Source of the DNA: a bacterium
Lineage (GTDB): Bacteria; Lernaellota; Lernaellaia; Lernaellales; Lernaellaceae
Direction: 5' to 3'
Assembly: GCA_036725605.1 (NCBI GenBank)
Contig: DAIMDW010000026.1
Span: forward strand, 832-64,831
Length of the DNA stretch: 64,000 bases
Every line of letters begins with the position of its first letter. Within the stretch, counting starts at the first letter, position 1. The notes under the pieces were generated by a model. It was not told the origin of the DNA. It worked only from the letters and a program-made list of their open reading frames with translations, and did no database searches. Made by a program: the position numbers and the translations under genes. Positions 1 to 9,249 of the stretch are shown here, one piece after another.

Positions 1-1183
1 TCACCGACGCGGGCGTCTGGCCCGGCAGGCCGATCATAAAATAGATGTCGAACTTGCCCGCGCCGTTGCCCAGCGCGTGGCCGATCATCTCCACCACCTG
101 CGCCGACGCGTACTTCTTGCCGCCGCGTTTGCGCACGGCGTCGTCGTGCGTTTCCGGCGACATCTCGAAGTTGAAGTTGGGCACACTGTCGGCGATCTTG
201 CGGAAGTACTCGGCCGGCGCGGCGTCGAACAGTTCGAAGATTGTGTTGTTGCGGATGTCGTGACGGCGCAGACCGTCCAGGATCGTGTGCGCGTATTGCG
301 GTCCGGCCTGGTTGAGGTCGCCGATGAAAAACAGCGGCCCGTTGGTGTAGCGCGCCAGCCGCGCCGCGTCGCGCACGATCAGCTCCGGCGGACGAAACGC
401 GGTGCATTCGCGCCCGGCGTATTCCTTCACCGCCGGCCCGGCGCCGCCGCAAATCGCACAGCGCTCGTTGCAGCCCTTGTTGGTCATGATCGCGGTGATC
501 GGGTACGTCCACCAATCGTGGAACGGGATCTGCGACGTGATCGAGGCGAACTTCATGCTCATCTTGAACATGTTCAGGTAGTTGTTGCCCCAGCGGTCGA
601 GCACCACCGGCGCGTTGGTCAGCGCGTTGATGCGCGTCGCGCCGTGACGGTCCTTCCAGGTGAGGTTGGGAATCTCGCTCAGGCGCTGCTCGCCGATATC
701 GCGTTGCGCCAGCGCGCGCATGAGCATCCCCACCGGCACTTCGGTCGAATCGCCGCGAAACACGTAATCGAAGCAGTCCAGCTCGATCAGCTCTTCGTGA
801 AAATAGGTCGACGCCCACCCGCCGACGATCACCGGCAGGTGCGGATGATGCTTCTTGACCAGCCGCGCGATTTCCACCGCGCCGTGCGCATGCGGCAGCC
901 AGTGCAGATCGACGCCGAAGGCCAGCCGCGGCCGCAACCCGGCGATGAACTTTTCCGCGTCGAAGCGCGGCGAGGCGAGCATGCGGTAGGCGAGGTTGAC
1001 CACGCGCGTTTCCAGCCCGAGCGTCAGCAGGTATTCGGCGATGGTCGTGAAGCCGACCGGGTACATCTCATACACCGGCAGCGAGGGAATCACGTCGGCG
1101 ATCGGCCCGTAGAGAATCGTCTGCTGGCGAAAATCGTACACGCTCGGCGCGTGCAGCAATATCAGATCGGGACGAACGAACAT
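1..1183 (-). CDS. B12-binding-domain/radical SAM protein. C-terminus is cut off by the window start.
   Basis: Minus-strand translation begins MFVRPDLILLHAPSVYDF, which is Rossmann-like and cobalamin-binding-like, and contains CNERCAIC (CxxxCxxC radical-SAM cluster motif). A GGAG sits about 8 nt upstream of the ATG at 1183. The listed plus ORF 77..1204 is an Arg-rich antisense shadow. Confidence 0.6.
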   Translation of the reverse strand, partial: MFVRPDLILLHAPSVYDFRQQTILYGPIADVIPSLPVYEMYPVGFTTIAEYLLTLGLETRVVNLAYRMLASPRFDAEKFIAGLRPRLAFGVDLHWLPHAHGAVEIARLVKKHHPHLPVIVGGWASTYFHEELIELDCFDYVFRGDSTEVPVGMLMRALAQRDIGEQRLSEIPNLTWKDRHGATRINALTNAPVVLDRWGNNYLNMFKMSMKFASITSQIPFHDWWTYPITAIMTNKGCNERCAICGGAGPAVKEYAGRECTAFRPPELIVRDAARLARYTNGPLFFIGDLNQAGPQYAHTILDGLRRHDIRNNTIFELFDAAPAEYFRKIADSVPNFNFEMSPETHDDAVRKRGGKKYASAQVVEMIGHALGNGAGKFDIYFMIGLPGQTPASV

Positions 1184-1224
1184 GCCGGGCTCCAAAAGGT
1201 TTAACAACCTATCTTAAGGGTGCC

Positions 1225-1420
1225 ACGGTCTTGTTCCGCAGGAACATGGCCGTGCGTGGTCCAGAAAAATCATCGGTCCAGGGATGATCCCTGGCCGGCC
1301 CCTCTCCCACAGGAAGAGGGTCGGGCGCAGCCCGGGGTGAGGGACTTCCCCTTCACCAGGGGGTTGCCCTTCCCTGGTCATCCTCGGGCTTGACCCGGGG
1401 ATCCAGGATTCCAATTGCTT
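1225..1420. repeat. Intergenic dispersed-repeat cluster holding families A and B.
   Basis: Family A is the palindrome ggtccagggatgatccctgg, also seen near 19.1 and 26.3–26.5 kb. Family B is gagggtcgggcgcagcccggggtgaggga, which recurs at about 9994–10023. Confidence 0.7.
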
Positions 1421-1454
1421 CCTGACCTTTATAATGTCAGGAAAGGTATCTCAT

Positions 1455-1720
1455 TCCTGGATTCCCGCCTGCGCGGGAATGACAAAACCGGCACCCCGGG
1501 GAACGACAACTGTGTCATCTCGACCGGAGCGACCCTGTCCGCCGTAGCCTTGGCGAAGGCGGAAGCGAAGTGGAGAGATCCCTCTGTTTCATCAACGAAA
1601 AGGGATTCCTTCCGGGATAAACCGGGACACGCAACGAGTACATGTCCCTGGGTTTGTCCTAATCGTCGCGCTGCCGCGCGTCTCCGTCGGAATGACCAAA
1701 CCGGCACCCCGGAATATTCC
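1455..1720. repeat. About 150-bp dispersed element, with a second copy at about 18670–18850.
   Basis: cccgcctgcgcgggaatgac...tgtcatctcgaccggagc...gccgtagccttggcgaaggcggaag matches 18680–18850. A sub-motif ggaatgacMaaaccggcaccccgg occurs twice here. Confidence 0.65.
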
Positions 1721-1808
1721 CGTCTTGCCTCAAAGGTGCGCCATTATGCGGGTTGCGGCGATTTCAGGCAAGGCGGAAAGAGAATGCACGGAGTCGCAAT
1801 TTGTCGTT

Positions 1809-2039
1809 TCAAATAATTAAATTCGGCGCGAAGATCGCCAACACGATCTTCATCAACAGGCCGACAGCCACTGAAAAAGTTACGTTAACCATCGTTCCGG
1901 CTAAAAAGTACAGCGTGTTTCGCTTCATGTCCTCCTGACGCACAATCGCTTTAGCGGCGAAGATCAAGGCAAGTGCGGTGTAGGAACTCAAATACATAAA
2001 CGTCAGAATAAGAAGATTTTCGCACTTGCCGATCACCAT
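1809..2039 (-). CDS. Small hydrophobic membrane protein. It may be the 3' half of a frameshifted or split gene together with 2033..2224.
   Basis: 76-aa ORF with two predicted TM helices. It lies downstream of, and co-oriented with, the HTH gene. Confidence 0.3.
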   Translation of the reverse strand: MVIGKCENLLILTFMYLSSYTALALIFAAKAIVRQEDMKRNTLYFLAGTMVNVTFSVAVGLLMKIVLAIFAPNLII

Positions 2040-2224
2040 TCCGGTGTCGCGACTTTTTTGTCGACAACCAATTCGTCGGACGCGGAAATGCGACGAAGCA
2101 CCCCATTCACCAATCGTCCGCTACTGCATAACAACACGGCATAAGCAATAACGACAATGAGTAAATGAAAAACATTGATCGGCGGCATTGCGGCTCTCCA
2201 ATCACCGGGAATAAAGACTCTCAA
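2033..2224 (-). CDS. Small hydrophobic membrane protein.
   Basis: 63-aa ORF with a hydrophobic core (LLIVVIAYAVLLC). It is adjacent to the HTH gene on the same strand. Confidence 0.3.
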   Translation of the reverse strand: MRVFIPGDWRAAMPPINVFHLLIVVIAYAVLLCSSGRLVNGVLRRISASDELVVDKKVATPEW

Positions 2225-2837
2225 TTGCCTTATGCAATCGATCTTCCATTATTATTATCTCATAAGCTCCGATTGCCCTCAAGCTGGCGGACACTGCGGG
2301 TTGGCTGATGCCCAATCGCCCGGCCACCTCAACCTGATTCTCCATTTTTTGATACAAACGAAAAATCGCCATCTGTTTTTCTGTCCACTTCGCTTGTATC
2401 GACAAGAGAAGATTGATCTGGTTTTCCACCAGCCGATCCACCTGGCCCCGATCGCATTCGAGGCCGAACGGCAGCATCGAGTCCTTCAATTCCGCCATGA
2501 TATCGGCGGCACGATGAAATGCCGGCCCGTCCATCGCCGCCACATCCCGCGAGGCGACGCCGACGTCGATGATCCCTTCGACAACAACATAACGCGCCCT
2601 GAAGGGATGAAGCGTTTGCGCGATCTTGCCAACCAGCGAATACAAGAAGGTCGGCCGTATGGTCACCAAACCGAACTCGTCTTTCCCTTTGATCATTTTA
2701 AAGGGCGCTTTGAGGTCTTTGCGAAATTCCCTGTTTATCTCTTTTTTTATGGACGCCAATTTATCCAACAACGGATCGATTTCACCTGTTACTTTTCGCG
2801 AGGCAATCACATCGCCCAACAAAACCAATGCTTTCAT
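2202..2837 (-). CDS. HTH-domain transcriptional regulator, SatD-family-like.
   Basis: N-terminus MKALVLLGDVIASRK with a C-terminal helix-turn-helix (QVEVAGRLGISQPAVSASLR). The overlapping plus ORF 2175..2852 has no motifs. Local GC is lower than the flanks. Confidence 0.5.
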   Translation of the reverse strand: MKALVLLGDVIASRKVTGEIDPLLDKLASIKKEINREFRKDLKAPFKMIKGKDEFGLVTIRPTFLYSLVGKIAQTLHPFRARYVVVEGIIDVGVASRDVAAMDGPAFHRAADIMAELKDSMLPFGLECDRGQVDRLVENQINLLLSIQAKWTEKQMAIFRLYQKMENQVEVAGRLGISQPAVSASLRAIGAYEIIIMEDRLHKAIESLYSR

Positions 2838-2918
2838 CGAATCCTCGTATAAGCAATAATACTTATGTTTTTCATATATAACAATTATTGCTTATATGTC
2901 AAGCGCCGGCCGAAAAAC

Positions 2919-4370
2919 TCACCCCTCCCCCATCTCCTGTTTGACGATCTCGACGACCGGGTCGGCGGGGGGCAGGTTTTGCAGCAAGCGTTGGTAGAGC
3001 GCGTGGGCGCCGGCCGGGTCCTTCAGCCGCTTGGCGCGCAGGCGGGCGGCCTCGAGCAGCGCCTTGACGGCCTGCGGGCCCGCCTGACCGGCCGCGCGTT
3101 CGTACAGGGCCACCGCGCGTTCGTTGTTCCAGTTGTCCTTGTAAAACTGCGCCAGGCGCAACAGCGTCGTCGCGGGCGGCTGATAATCGGCCACCATCGC
3201 GTCGGTTTCCATCAGCACCTCGGCGGCCAGACGCGGATTGTCGACCTCGACCAGATAGCGCATGAAATCATCCGCCTCGGCCTTGGCCGCTACGTGCTCG
3301 CCGCGATCGAGCAGGCCGCGCAGCACCTCCAGCCGTTGCGCCGCGCTCAGCGGCCCGGTCGGCTCGCCGAAATCGGGCGGACGCGTCAACGGAATGTATT
3401 CGCCGCGTTTGAACTTCTCCAGGTCCTCCTCGTCCTCCTCGCGGATCGTCTTGTCGCCGAAGCCGACGATCCGCAGCGCGACCGCCGCCAGCAAGCCGAA
3501 GGCAAAACCGCCGATGTGCGCCCAGTAAGCGACGCGATGCACGTCTTCCGCGCCCAGCGCCACGTAGAAAATCTGGATGAACAGCCACAACGGCAGCACC
3601 ACGAGCGACGGTAGCATTTTCGTGCCCATGCGCACGTGCCAATAAAGCCAGATGAAATATGCGAAGTTGATTTTGATGCGATAGAAGCGGAACAAAAACG
3701 CGCCCATCAACCCGGCGACCGCCCCCGACGCGCCGATCACCGGCACGTTCATCCCGGGGTGCATCAGCACGTGCGTCAGGCCGCCGGCGATCCCCGCCAG
3801 CAGATAAACGCCGGTGAACATCGCCGGACCCCACACGCCTTCGAGCGCAAAGCCGACGAGGAACAGAAACAGGAGATTGAAAATCAGGTGCGACAGCGAA
3901 CCGTGCATAAACATCGAAGTGATCACCGCGACCGGCGTGGGCCGCGCGGGAATCAATCCGTAGCGCTGCAGGAGAAACCGCTCCTGCATTTCGACTTTCA
4001 GCCGCGCGAGTTCCTGAAATCGCGCGAAGAGCGGATCGTCGGCCGGCACGGCTTTTCCCGCCGCAAAGGCCTGCCAGTAATCCTCGATGTTCTTGCCGAG
4101 CTTTCTGTAAACCTCGTTCCAGTTGCCGGCGTCCTTGTCGATCAGCGCGGTGACCAGCCCGTCCTTCTTCTTTTCGTGGTATTGCAAATAGACCTGCACC
4201 TTGAGGTGCTCAAGCTGCTCGTCAAGCTGCCGCTCCTGCCGCACCTGCCGCACCATGATCGCCTGCGTACCGGCAAAAACCAACACGCACAGCACGATCA
4301 ACGCGATGGTCACATAAGGAAACCGGCGGACCGCGCTCTCTTCGTGACCAATGGGGAAAAAGAAAAACAT
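2919..4370 (-). CDS. Rhomboid-family intramembrane serine protease with a C-terminal TPR-like region.
   Basis: Multi-TM core with the catalytic GASGAVAGLMGA (GxSG) and the downstream AHIGGFAFG histidine motif. The C-terminal portion is helical and repeat-like. Confidence 0.85.
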   Translation of the reverse strand: MFFFFPIGHEESAVRRFPYVTIALIVLCVLVFAGTQAIMVRQVRQERQLDEQLEHLKVQVYLQYHEKKKDGLVTALIDKDAGNWNEVYRKLGKNIEDYWQAFAAGKAVPADDPLFARFQELARLKVEMQERFLLQRYGLIPARPTPVAVITSMFMHGSLSHLIFNLLFLFLVGFALEGVWGPAMFTGVYLLAGIAGGLTHVLMHPGMNVPVIGASGAVAGLMGAFLFRFYRIKINFAYFIWLYWHVRMGTKMLPSLVVLPLWLFIQIFYVALGAEDVHRVAYWAHIGGFAFGLLAAVALRIVGFGDKTIREEDEEDLEKFKRGEYIPLTRPPDFGEPTGPLSAAQRLEVLRGLLDRGEHVAAKAEADDFMRYLVEVDNPRLAAEVLMETDAMVADYQPPATTLLRLAQFYKDNWNNERAVALYERAAGQAGPQAVKALLEAARLRAKRLKDPAGAHALYQRLLQNLPPADPVVEIVKQEMGEG

Positions 4371-4382
4371 CGGCGTACTTCC

Positions 4383-6044
4383 CTAGTACTTCATCGCCCA
4401 GATCTCGCGACGGAAATCCATGTACATGACTTCAAAGGCCAGGACCTTGCCGTCCGGCGAAAACACGGGATTCTTTTTGAAGGGATGGCGGGCCGTATCC
4501 AACCGGTGCAAATCGCTGCCGTCGGCGTCGACGACAAAGATGTCGGAAACGTAATTTTTGTTGGCCGGCACGAACAGGCTCATGCCCGACGGCATGCCGG
4601 TCGCCGGTCCGTCGACCGATCCGGTCGGCGGCGGGAAAAAGCCCTCGAAGGCCAGCGTCTTGCCGTTGGGCGCCCAGCAATACGCGCCGAACATCTCGTA
4701 TTGGCTGCCCGGCGTCAGCAGCTTGACCTGATTGTCGCCGTCGCGGCTCATGACCACCAGCGTGTTGCCGCCCTCGCCGTCCTCGGTATAGGTCAGCGCG
4801 GTGATGCCCTGCCCGTCGGGCCTGTACATGGGCGTGCGGAAATCGCCGGTCTGACTCAGGCGAACCGTCGCGTCGGAAATGAAGTCGTAGCGGTAGATGT
4901 CCCCGGCGAACAAATAGCGCCGTTGGGCTTTCTCCGCGTTTTCGATGTAGTCGGCGTCGATATCGCCGCTGATCAAAAACCGGTACATCCACCGTTCCTT
5001 GGCCTGATACACCAATTCCTGTTCGGTGGGCGACCAACTCGGGTTCGAACAGTCCAGGTCGCTGATCCTGTTGTCGAGTTTCGAATCGACGTTGAGCAGA
5101 TACAGGCCGTTTTGCTCGGGCCGGCTCCAGTTGGTGCGCACATACGCCAGAAACGCGCCGTCGTGCGACCAGGCGAAATCGCGGCCGTCGACCAGCTTGC
5201 GGGGCTCGCCGCCGTTGATCGAAACCGAGTAAATGGTGTACGCACTCTTGCCGACGTCCTCGAACTGATAGGCGACATAGGTCAACTCGTCGTGTCGCGG
5301 CCGCCAGGCGAACTCCACGCCCTCGTTCCGGCCGGCGGCGATCTTCACCACGCGTTCGCCCTTGCCGCGCAACGTCTTGACCATCAGCCAGGTTTCGCCC
5401 TTGGGCTTTTGTCCGGTCAACTGATCGACCATGCCGAACAACGTAAAGCGCGGCTGATCGAGATAGGCGACCATCGATCCGTCGGAAGAAAATTTCGGGT
5501 TGATCGTCTCGCGGTCGCCCTCCACCGGAGCCAGGCAGAAGACGCCGGGCATAAACAAACTCTTGAGCAGCATCGCCGCCAGCACCACCGCCAACACCGC
5601 CGCCCCGATGCCCACGTAGCGCGTGTAACGCTTCGTTTGCGCCTGGCTCTTTTCGATCTGCATCGTGCGCGCCTTGTCGGGCGGACGACCGTCGACAAGC
5701 AACTGTAGCTTCTGTTTTAAAAACTTGTTGGCCGGATCCAGCGCGATCGCCTTTTCCAGGTACTCGACCGCGAACTCCTTTTGCTGCAGATCCTTATACA
5801 GATTGGCCAGTTGCAGGCAGACGCCCACCGCGTCCGGCCGTCGCTCGTGCTCGGCTTCCAGATCCTGCAACTGCTGCCGCACGGCCTCGGGCTGCGCTTC
5901 GATCATCTGCGCCTTGGCCCGCTTTTTGTCGCGCTCCTGACGCACGCCGGCCATCACCGCGCCGCATTGGGCGCACTCGGTCGCCGAGGGGGAATTGGGC
6001 GCACCGCAGGATTGGCATAGAACTGTTTCCTGGTCGTGGCTCAT
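4383..6044 (-). CDS. Zinc-ribbon / TPR / TolB-like (PD40) beta-propeller protein.
   Basis: N-terminal CxxC...CxxC (LCQSCGAP...CAQCGAV), TPR-like helices, one TM segment, then repeated WD/PD40-like blades (DG..LAY, SPDGK). It lies 13 bp downstream of the rhomboid gene on the same strand. Confidence 0.65.
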   Translation of the reverse strand: MSHDQETVLCQSCGAPNSPSATECAQCGAVMAGVRQERDKKRAKAQMIEAQPEAVRQQLQDLEAEHERRPDAVGVCLQLANLYKDLQQKEFAVEYLEKAIALDPANKFLKQKLQLLVDGRPPDKARTMQIEKSQAQTKRYTRYVGIGAAVLAVVLAAMLLKSLFMPGVFCLAPVEGDRETINPKFSSDGSMVAYLDQPRFTLFGMVDQLTGQKPKGETWLMVKTLRGKGERVVKIAAGRNEGVEFAWRPRHDELTYVAYQFEDVGKSAYTIYSVSINGGEPRKLVDGRDFAWSHDGAFLAYVRTNWSRPEQNGLYLLNVDSKLDNRISDLDCSNPSWSPTEQELVYQAKERWMYRFLISGDIDADYIENAEKAQRRYLFAGDIYRYDFISDATVRLSQTGDFRTPMYRPDGQGITALTYTEDGEGGNTLVVMSRDGDNQVKLLTPGSQYEMFGAYCWAPNGKTLAFEGFFPPPTGSVDGPATGMPSGMSLFVPANKNYVSDIFVVDADGSDLHRLDTARHPFKKNPVFSPDGKVLAFEVMYMDFRREIWAMKY

Positions 6045-6258
6045 CGATCCTCCCCTCGTAGATCAAAATATCTTAGCACAGCCCGTGGCGACAAGTCAAA
6101 CAAGAAGAGAATTCACCGTCCAACCGATTGATATCGAACCTCTTTTGCCGACGCAAGGCCCGGCGGGATTTTTCCCGGGTGTTTATGGATTTTCAGGAAT
6201 AATCGAGGATGCGCAAACGCGCGCGTACGCGCTATGGCGGCGATAAAATGGGGTCGAT

Positions 6259-6504
6259 CTACTTCTGGTCGTATACGGCGGCTTTCGTGCGTATCCGATA
6301 TAGATCCAAGTGATTTTCCGTGGTGCGAACGTCCATTCCTTCCAAACCGATCGTCGCGATGTCGAGTCGATTGGATTTCGCCTGATCGATCACTTGGCGA
6401 ATAGCATCGGCCCAGCCCAAGGGAGATTCCCCGACCAATTCGATGGTTCTGGTTTCGGCCATGGCGTGTTCCCTTTCAGCGGCGTTCGTCTGCCTTTTGG
6501 ACAC
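6259..6504 (-). CDS. Dodecin-family flavin-binding protein.
   Basis: IELVGESPLGWADAIRQVIDQA...IATIGLEGMDVRT...LDLYRIRTKAAV matches the dodecin fold signature. The true start is probably the internal Met (MAETRTIEL, about 6465). Confidence 0.75.
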   Translation of the reverse strand: MSKRQTNAAEREHAMAETRTIELVGESPLGWADAIRQVIDQAKSNRLDIATIGLEGMDVRTTENHLDLYRIRTKAAVYDQK

Positions 6505-6916
6505 GTTGTCGACGTTGCTTGTTCACCAGGCATTCGTTTTCGCTTCGTTTTGCAATAAAAGAACACTTTTTTTGCGAGATGTTCCGGCCGGTTTCCAATA
6601 TATTTTTCTAATTCGTCAACCTGACCTGACCTGTCGTCTCATCCGCGATATGCATATACATTTACATTGCTTATATTTTACTACTGCGACCATCCAATTA
6701 TATTTGTGTTCATTCGAGGCGTATTCGAATTATAATTCCACTCCTCGCCGGAAGCAAGAAATTTTTTCCACAGCCTCTTAATTTTTGATTATAAATCAGT
6801 AACTTTCGCCGCACCGCGGCATTAATCGCCTTATTTTTCCCCTGGATAAATTCCCGGGTTTCCATTAGGCTTAATCCCCCGCGAAAAGGCGGGAGGCACG
6901 AACAGGGGAAATCGTC

Positions 6917-9247
6917 ATGCGTAAGTTACGGCCGTTCCTGATTATATTGGTGTTGCTGGCCTCGGCCCAGGCGTTCGCCGCCGCGCCGCCGACCGGCCCC
7001 TGGCACGCGGACATCACCGAACATCCGCGCTTGTTGTTCTTCGCCGACGATCTGTCGACCATCGCCGGGCGGCTCGACCGCGAGCCCTACGTCACGCTGA
7101 TGACCCGCGTGCGCAGCCGGGCCAACGCTTCCTATAACGCGATCTTCGAGCCCTACGACGCCGGCCGCGAGTACTCCAACGCGAACATCGCCATCGCCGC
7201 CGCCTTCGTCGCCTGGATCGACGACGACGCCACGATGGCCGACAAGGCCGCGACGATCCTGGAACTGATGGGCTACGAGTTCCCCAACCCCATCTATATT
7301 TACAAACAGGACATTCACATCGCCGAAGCGCTGATGAATTACGCGGTCGCCTACGACATCATCGCCGGCACGGGGTTGATCGAGCCCACGCGCCTCACGG
7401 CGATCGCCACGCGCGTGACGACGATGGTCGAAAATCTGTACGCCGACTTTTTCGACACCCTGGCGATCTGGCAGCCGTTTTCGACCAACAACCATTCGAT
7501 CAAAATCTGCTCCGCGCTGGCCATCGCCGCGATGACCTTCAACCAGCACGACGACGCCAACAAGTGGTTCAACCTGGGCATGACCGAAACGGTCTACAAA
7601 CTCTTCGACGTGCAGATCGTCGAGGGCGCGATGGCCGAAGGGCCCTACTACGCCGCCTACAGCGCGGTGAACCATCTGCCGTTTTTCGTGATGTACAACC
7701 ACCTGGTCGGCGAGGACGCCACGCTGCTGCAGCGCGACTTCTGCCTGATCGGCCCCAACTGCACCTGGTCCGAGGTCGAGGTGGTCAATCCGGTGGACAA
7801 TCCCAAGCTCTACGACCAGAGCGAATGGATCGTGAAGATCCGCCTGCCCAACGGCGCCTCGCCGCCGATCGACGATTCCAACAGCGAAGGCTTCTTCAAC
7901 GGCCTGATGGCCCCGGTCTGGGGCGACGGCCTGCTCGCCTGGGAATGGCTGACCAGCCCGGCGTACCCCATGTTCACCCAGCACTGCGCCGATACGCTGG
8001 TGCACATCGTGGCCACCTATGACGACGAGGTGACCCTCACGCCGCCCGACGGTTGGTTCGGCCCGAACTTCCTGATGTATGACGCCGGTGAGGCGGTCTT
8101 CCGCAGCGGCTGGGGCGAAGACGATTCGTGGATGCTCTTCCTCGCCGAAAACGGCCAGGCGCGCACGGCCGGCGCGGGCCACGAACACGGCGACAACCTC
8201 TCGGTGTCGCTGTACGCGCGCGGCGAATCGCTCTTGCTCGACCCGGGTTACATCAAGTGGGAAGAGCACGCGGTCGTCATGCTCGGCAAGCACCACAACG
8301 TGCCGACCGTCGACGGCAACGCGCCGCCCGCGCCCAATCCCGTCATCCTAATCGGCGGCAACGACGCCTTCATCGTCGACGGCATGACCGACGCCGCCGC
8401 GCCCTTCGTCACCGGCCAGAGCGCCTGGAACGACGCGCAGTTCGAACGCACGGTGTTCTTCCCCGACAGCGACTACCTGATCGCCGTCGACGACATGTCC
8501 GCGGACGAAAACCACACCTACGGCGTGCTCTGGCACGGCAACGGCGGCGGCGACAGCGGCTATCCGTTCACCCTGCTGGCCGACGGCGGCTCGTGGCAGC
8601 CGGAAGACGCGGGCGTGGACGTGCACGTGAACTCCAGCATCGGCGACGTCGCGCTGGATACCTCGATCAACATTCACGCCTTCACCTACGGGCAGATGAT
8701 CGAGCACGTCAGCCTGTCCGCTCAGGTCGACACGCAAGCCAAGCGCGCGCGGATCGTCAGCGTCGCCACGCCCTATAATCTGACCAAAGAAACGCCACGC
8801 ACCGTCACCTGGGACGCCATGGACGCCGCCATCGCCGCGCGCATCGAAGGAACCGACACCGACTTCCTCTTCGCGCAGGACGTCCGCCGGGTGCGCAACC
8901 TGACCGCCGCGCAGACCGGCTCGGTCGACGTGTCCACCAGTGCGCGCACGCTGCTGCTGCGTACCGACGCGACCGCGAGCGCGGGCCACGCGTACGTCGA
9001 CGGCGGGCACTACCTCGCGCTGGGCGAACGGCAGGTGTGGCAGTTCGGTTACGACCGCCGCGTGTGGGTCGACTGGTCCGGCGACGCCTGGACCTTCTCG
9101 GTCGGCCCGGAAGGCGGCATGGTCGCGGCGTTCCTCTCCGCAATGCCCGACATCGACGCCGACCCCGGCGTGAAGTGGATCTATCAAAACAAAATGCTGC
9201 GCATCTGGGCTCCGGCCGACGCGAGCTTCACCGTCACCCTGGATTGA
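6917..9247 (+). CDS. Secreted polysaccharide lyase, heparinase II/III-like family.
   Basis: Signal peptide MRKLRPFLIILVLLASAQAFAA. Alpha-helical N-terminal half plus the GHEHGDNLSVSLYARGESLLLDPG motif typical of the heparinase-II/III-like C-domain. Confidence 0.7.
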   Translation: MRKLRPFLIILVLLASAQAFAAAPPTGPWHADITEHPRLLFFADDLSTIAGRLDREPYVTLMTRVRSRANASYNAIFEPYDAGREYSNANIAIAAAFVAWIDDDATMADKAATILELMGYEFPNPIYIYKQDIHIAEALMNYAVAYDIIAGTGLIEPTRLTAIATRVTTMVENLYADFFDTLAIWQPFSTNNHSIKICSALAIAAMTFNQHDDANKWFNLGMTETVYKLFDVQIVEGAMAEGPYYAAYSAVNHLPFFVMYNHLVGEDATLLQRDFCLIGPNCTWSEVEVVNPVDNPKLYDQSEWIVKIRLPNGASPPIDDSNSEGFFNGLMAPVWGDGLLAWEWLTSPAYPMFTQHCADTLVHIVATYDDEVTLTPPDGWFGPNFLMYDAGEAVFRSGWGEDDSWMLFLAENGQARTAGAGHEHGDNLSVSLYARGESLLLDPGYIKWEEHAVVMLGKHHNVPTVDGNAPPAPNPVILIGGNDAFIVDGMTDAAAPFVTGQSAWNDAQFERTVFFPDSDYLIAVDDMSADENHTYGVLWHGNGGGDSGYPFTLLADGGSWQPEDAGVDVHVNSSIGDVALDTSINIHAFTYGQMIEHVSLSAQVDTQAKRARIVSVATPYNLTKETPRTVTWDAMDAAIAARIEGTDTDFLFAQDVRRVRNLTAAQTGSVDVSTSARTLLLRTDATASAGHAYVDGGHYLALGERQVWQFGYDRRVWVDWSGDAWTFSVGPEGGMVAAFLSAMPDIDADPGVKWIYQNKMLRIWAPADASFTVTLD

Positions 9248-9249
9248 TC

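Noticed and set aside
77-1204. Listed 375-aa plus-strand ORF as a real gene.
   Set aside because: Its translation is Arg/His/Val-rich with no motifs. The opposite strand encodes a B12-binding/radical-SAM protein with a CxxxCxxC motif and an RBS. The listed ORF is a typical antisense shadow in GC-rich DNA.
2175-2852. Plus-strand 225-aa ORF overlapping the HTH gene.
   Set aside because: It has no recognisable domains. The minus-strand frame carries a clean helix-turn-helix and an N-terminus typical of SatD-like proteins.
3636-5708. 690-aa plus-strand ORF, and similar very long ORFs (6926..8296-, 11796..12989+, 16429..17895+, 23564..25393+, 36328..37968-, 38016..39257-, 42272..44053-, 45182..46780+, 49642..52275-, 53440..54933-).
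   Set aside because: All lie antisense to genes with strong family motifs (rhomboid, ABC, TolC, HK, Rnf, AlaRS, RecD2 and others). Their products are Arg/Gly/His/Asp-rich low-complexity sequences. These are open-frame artefacts of a roughly 68% GC genome.
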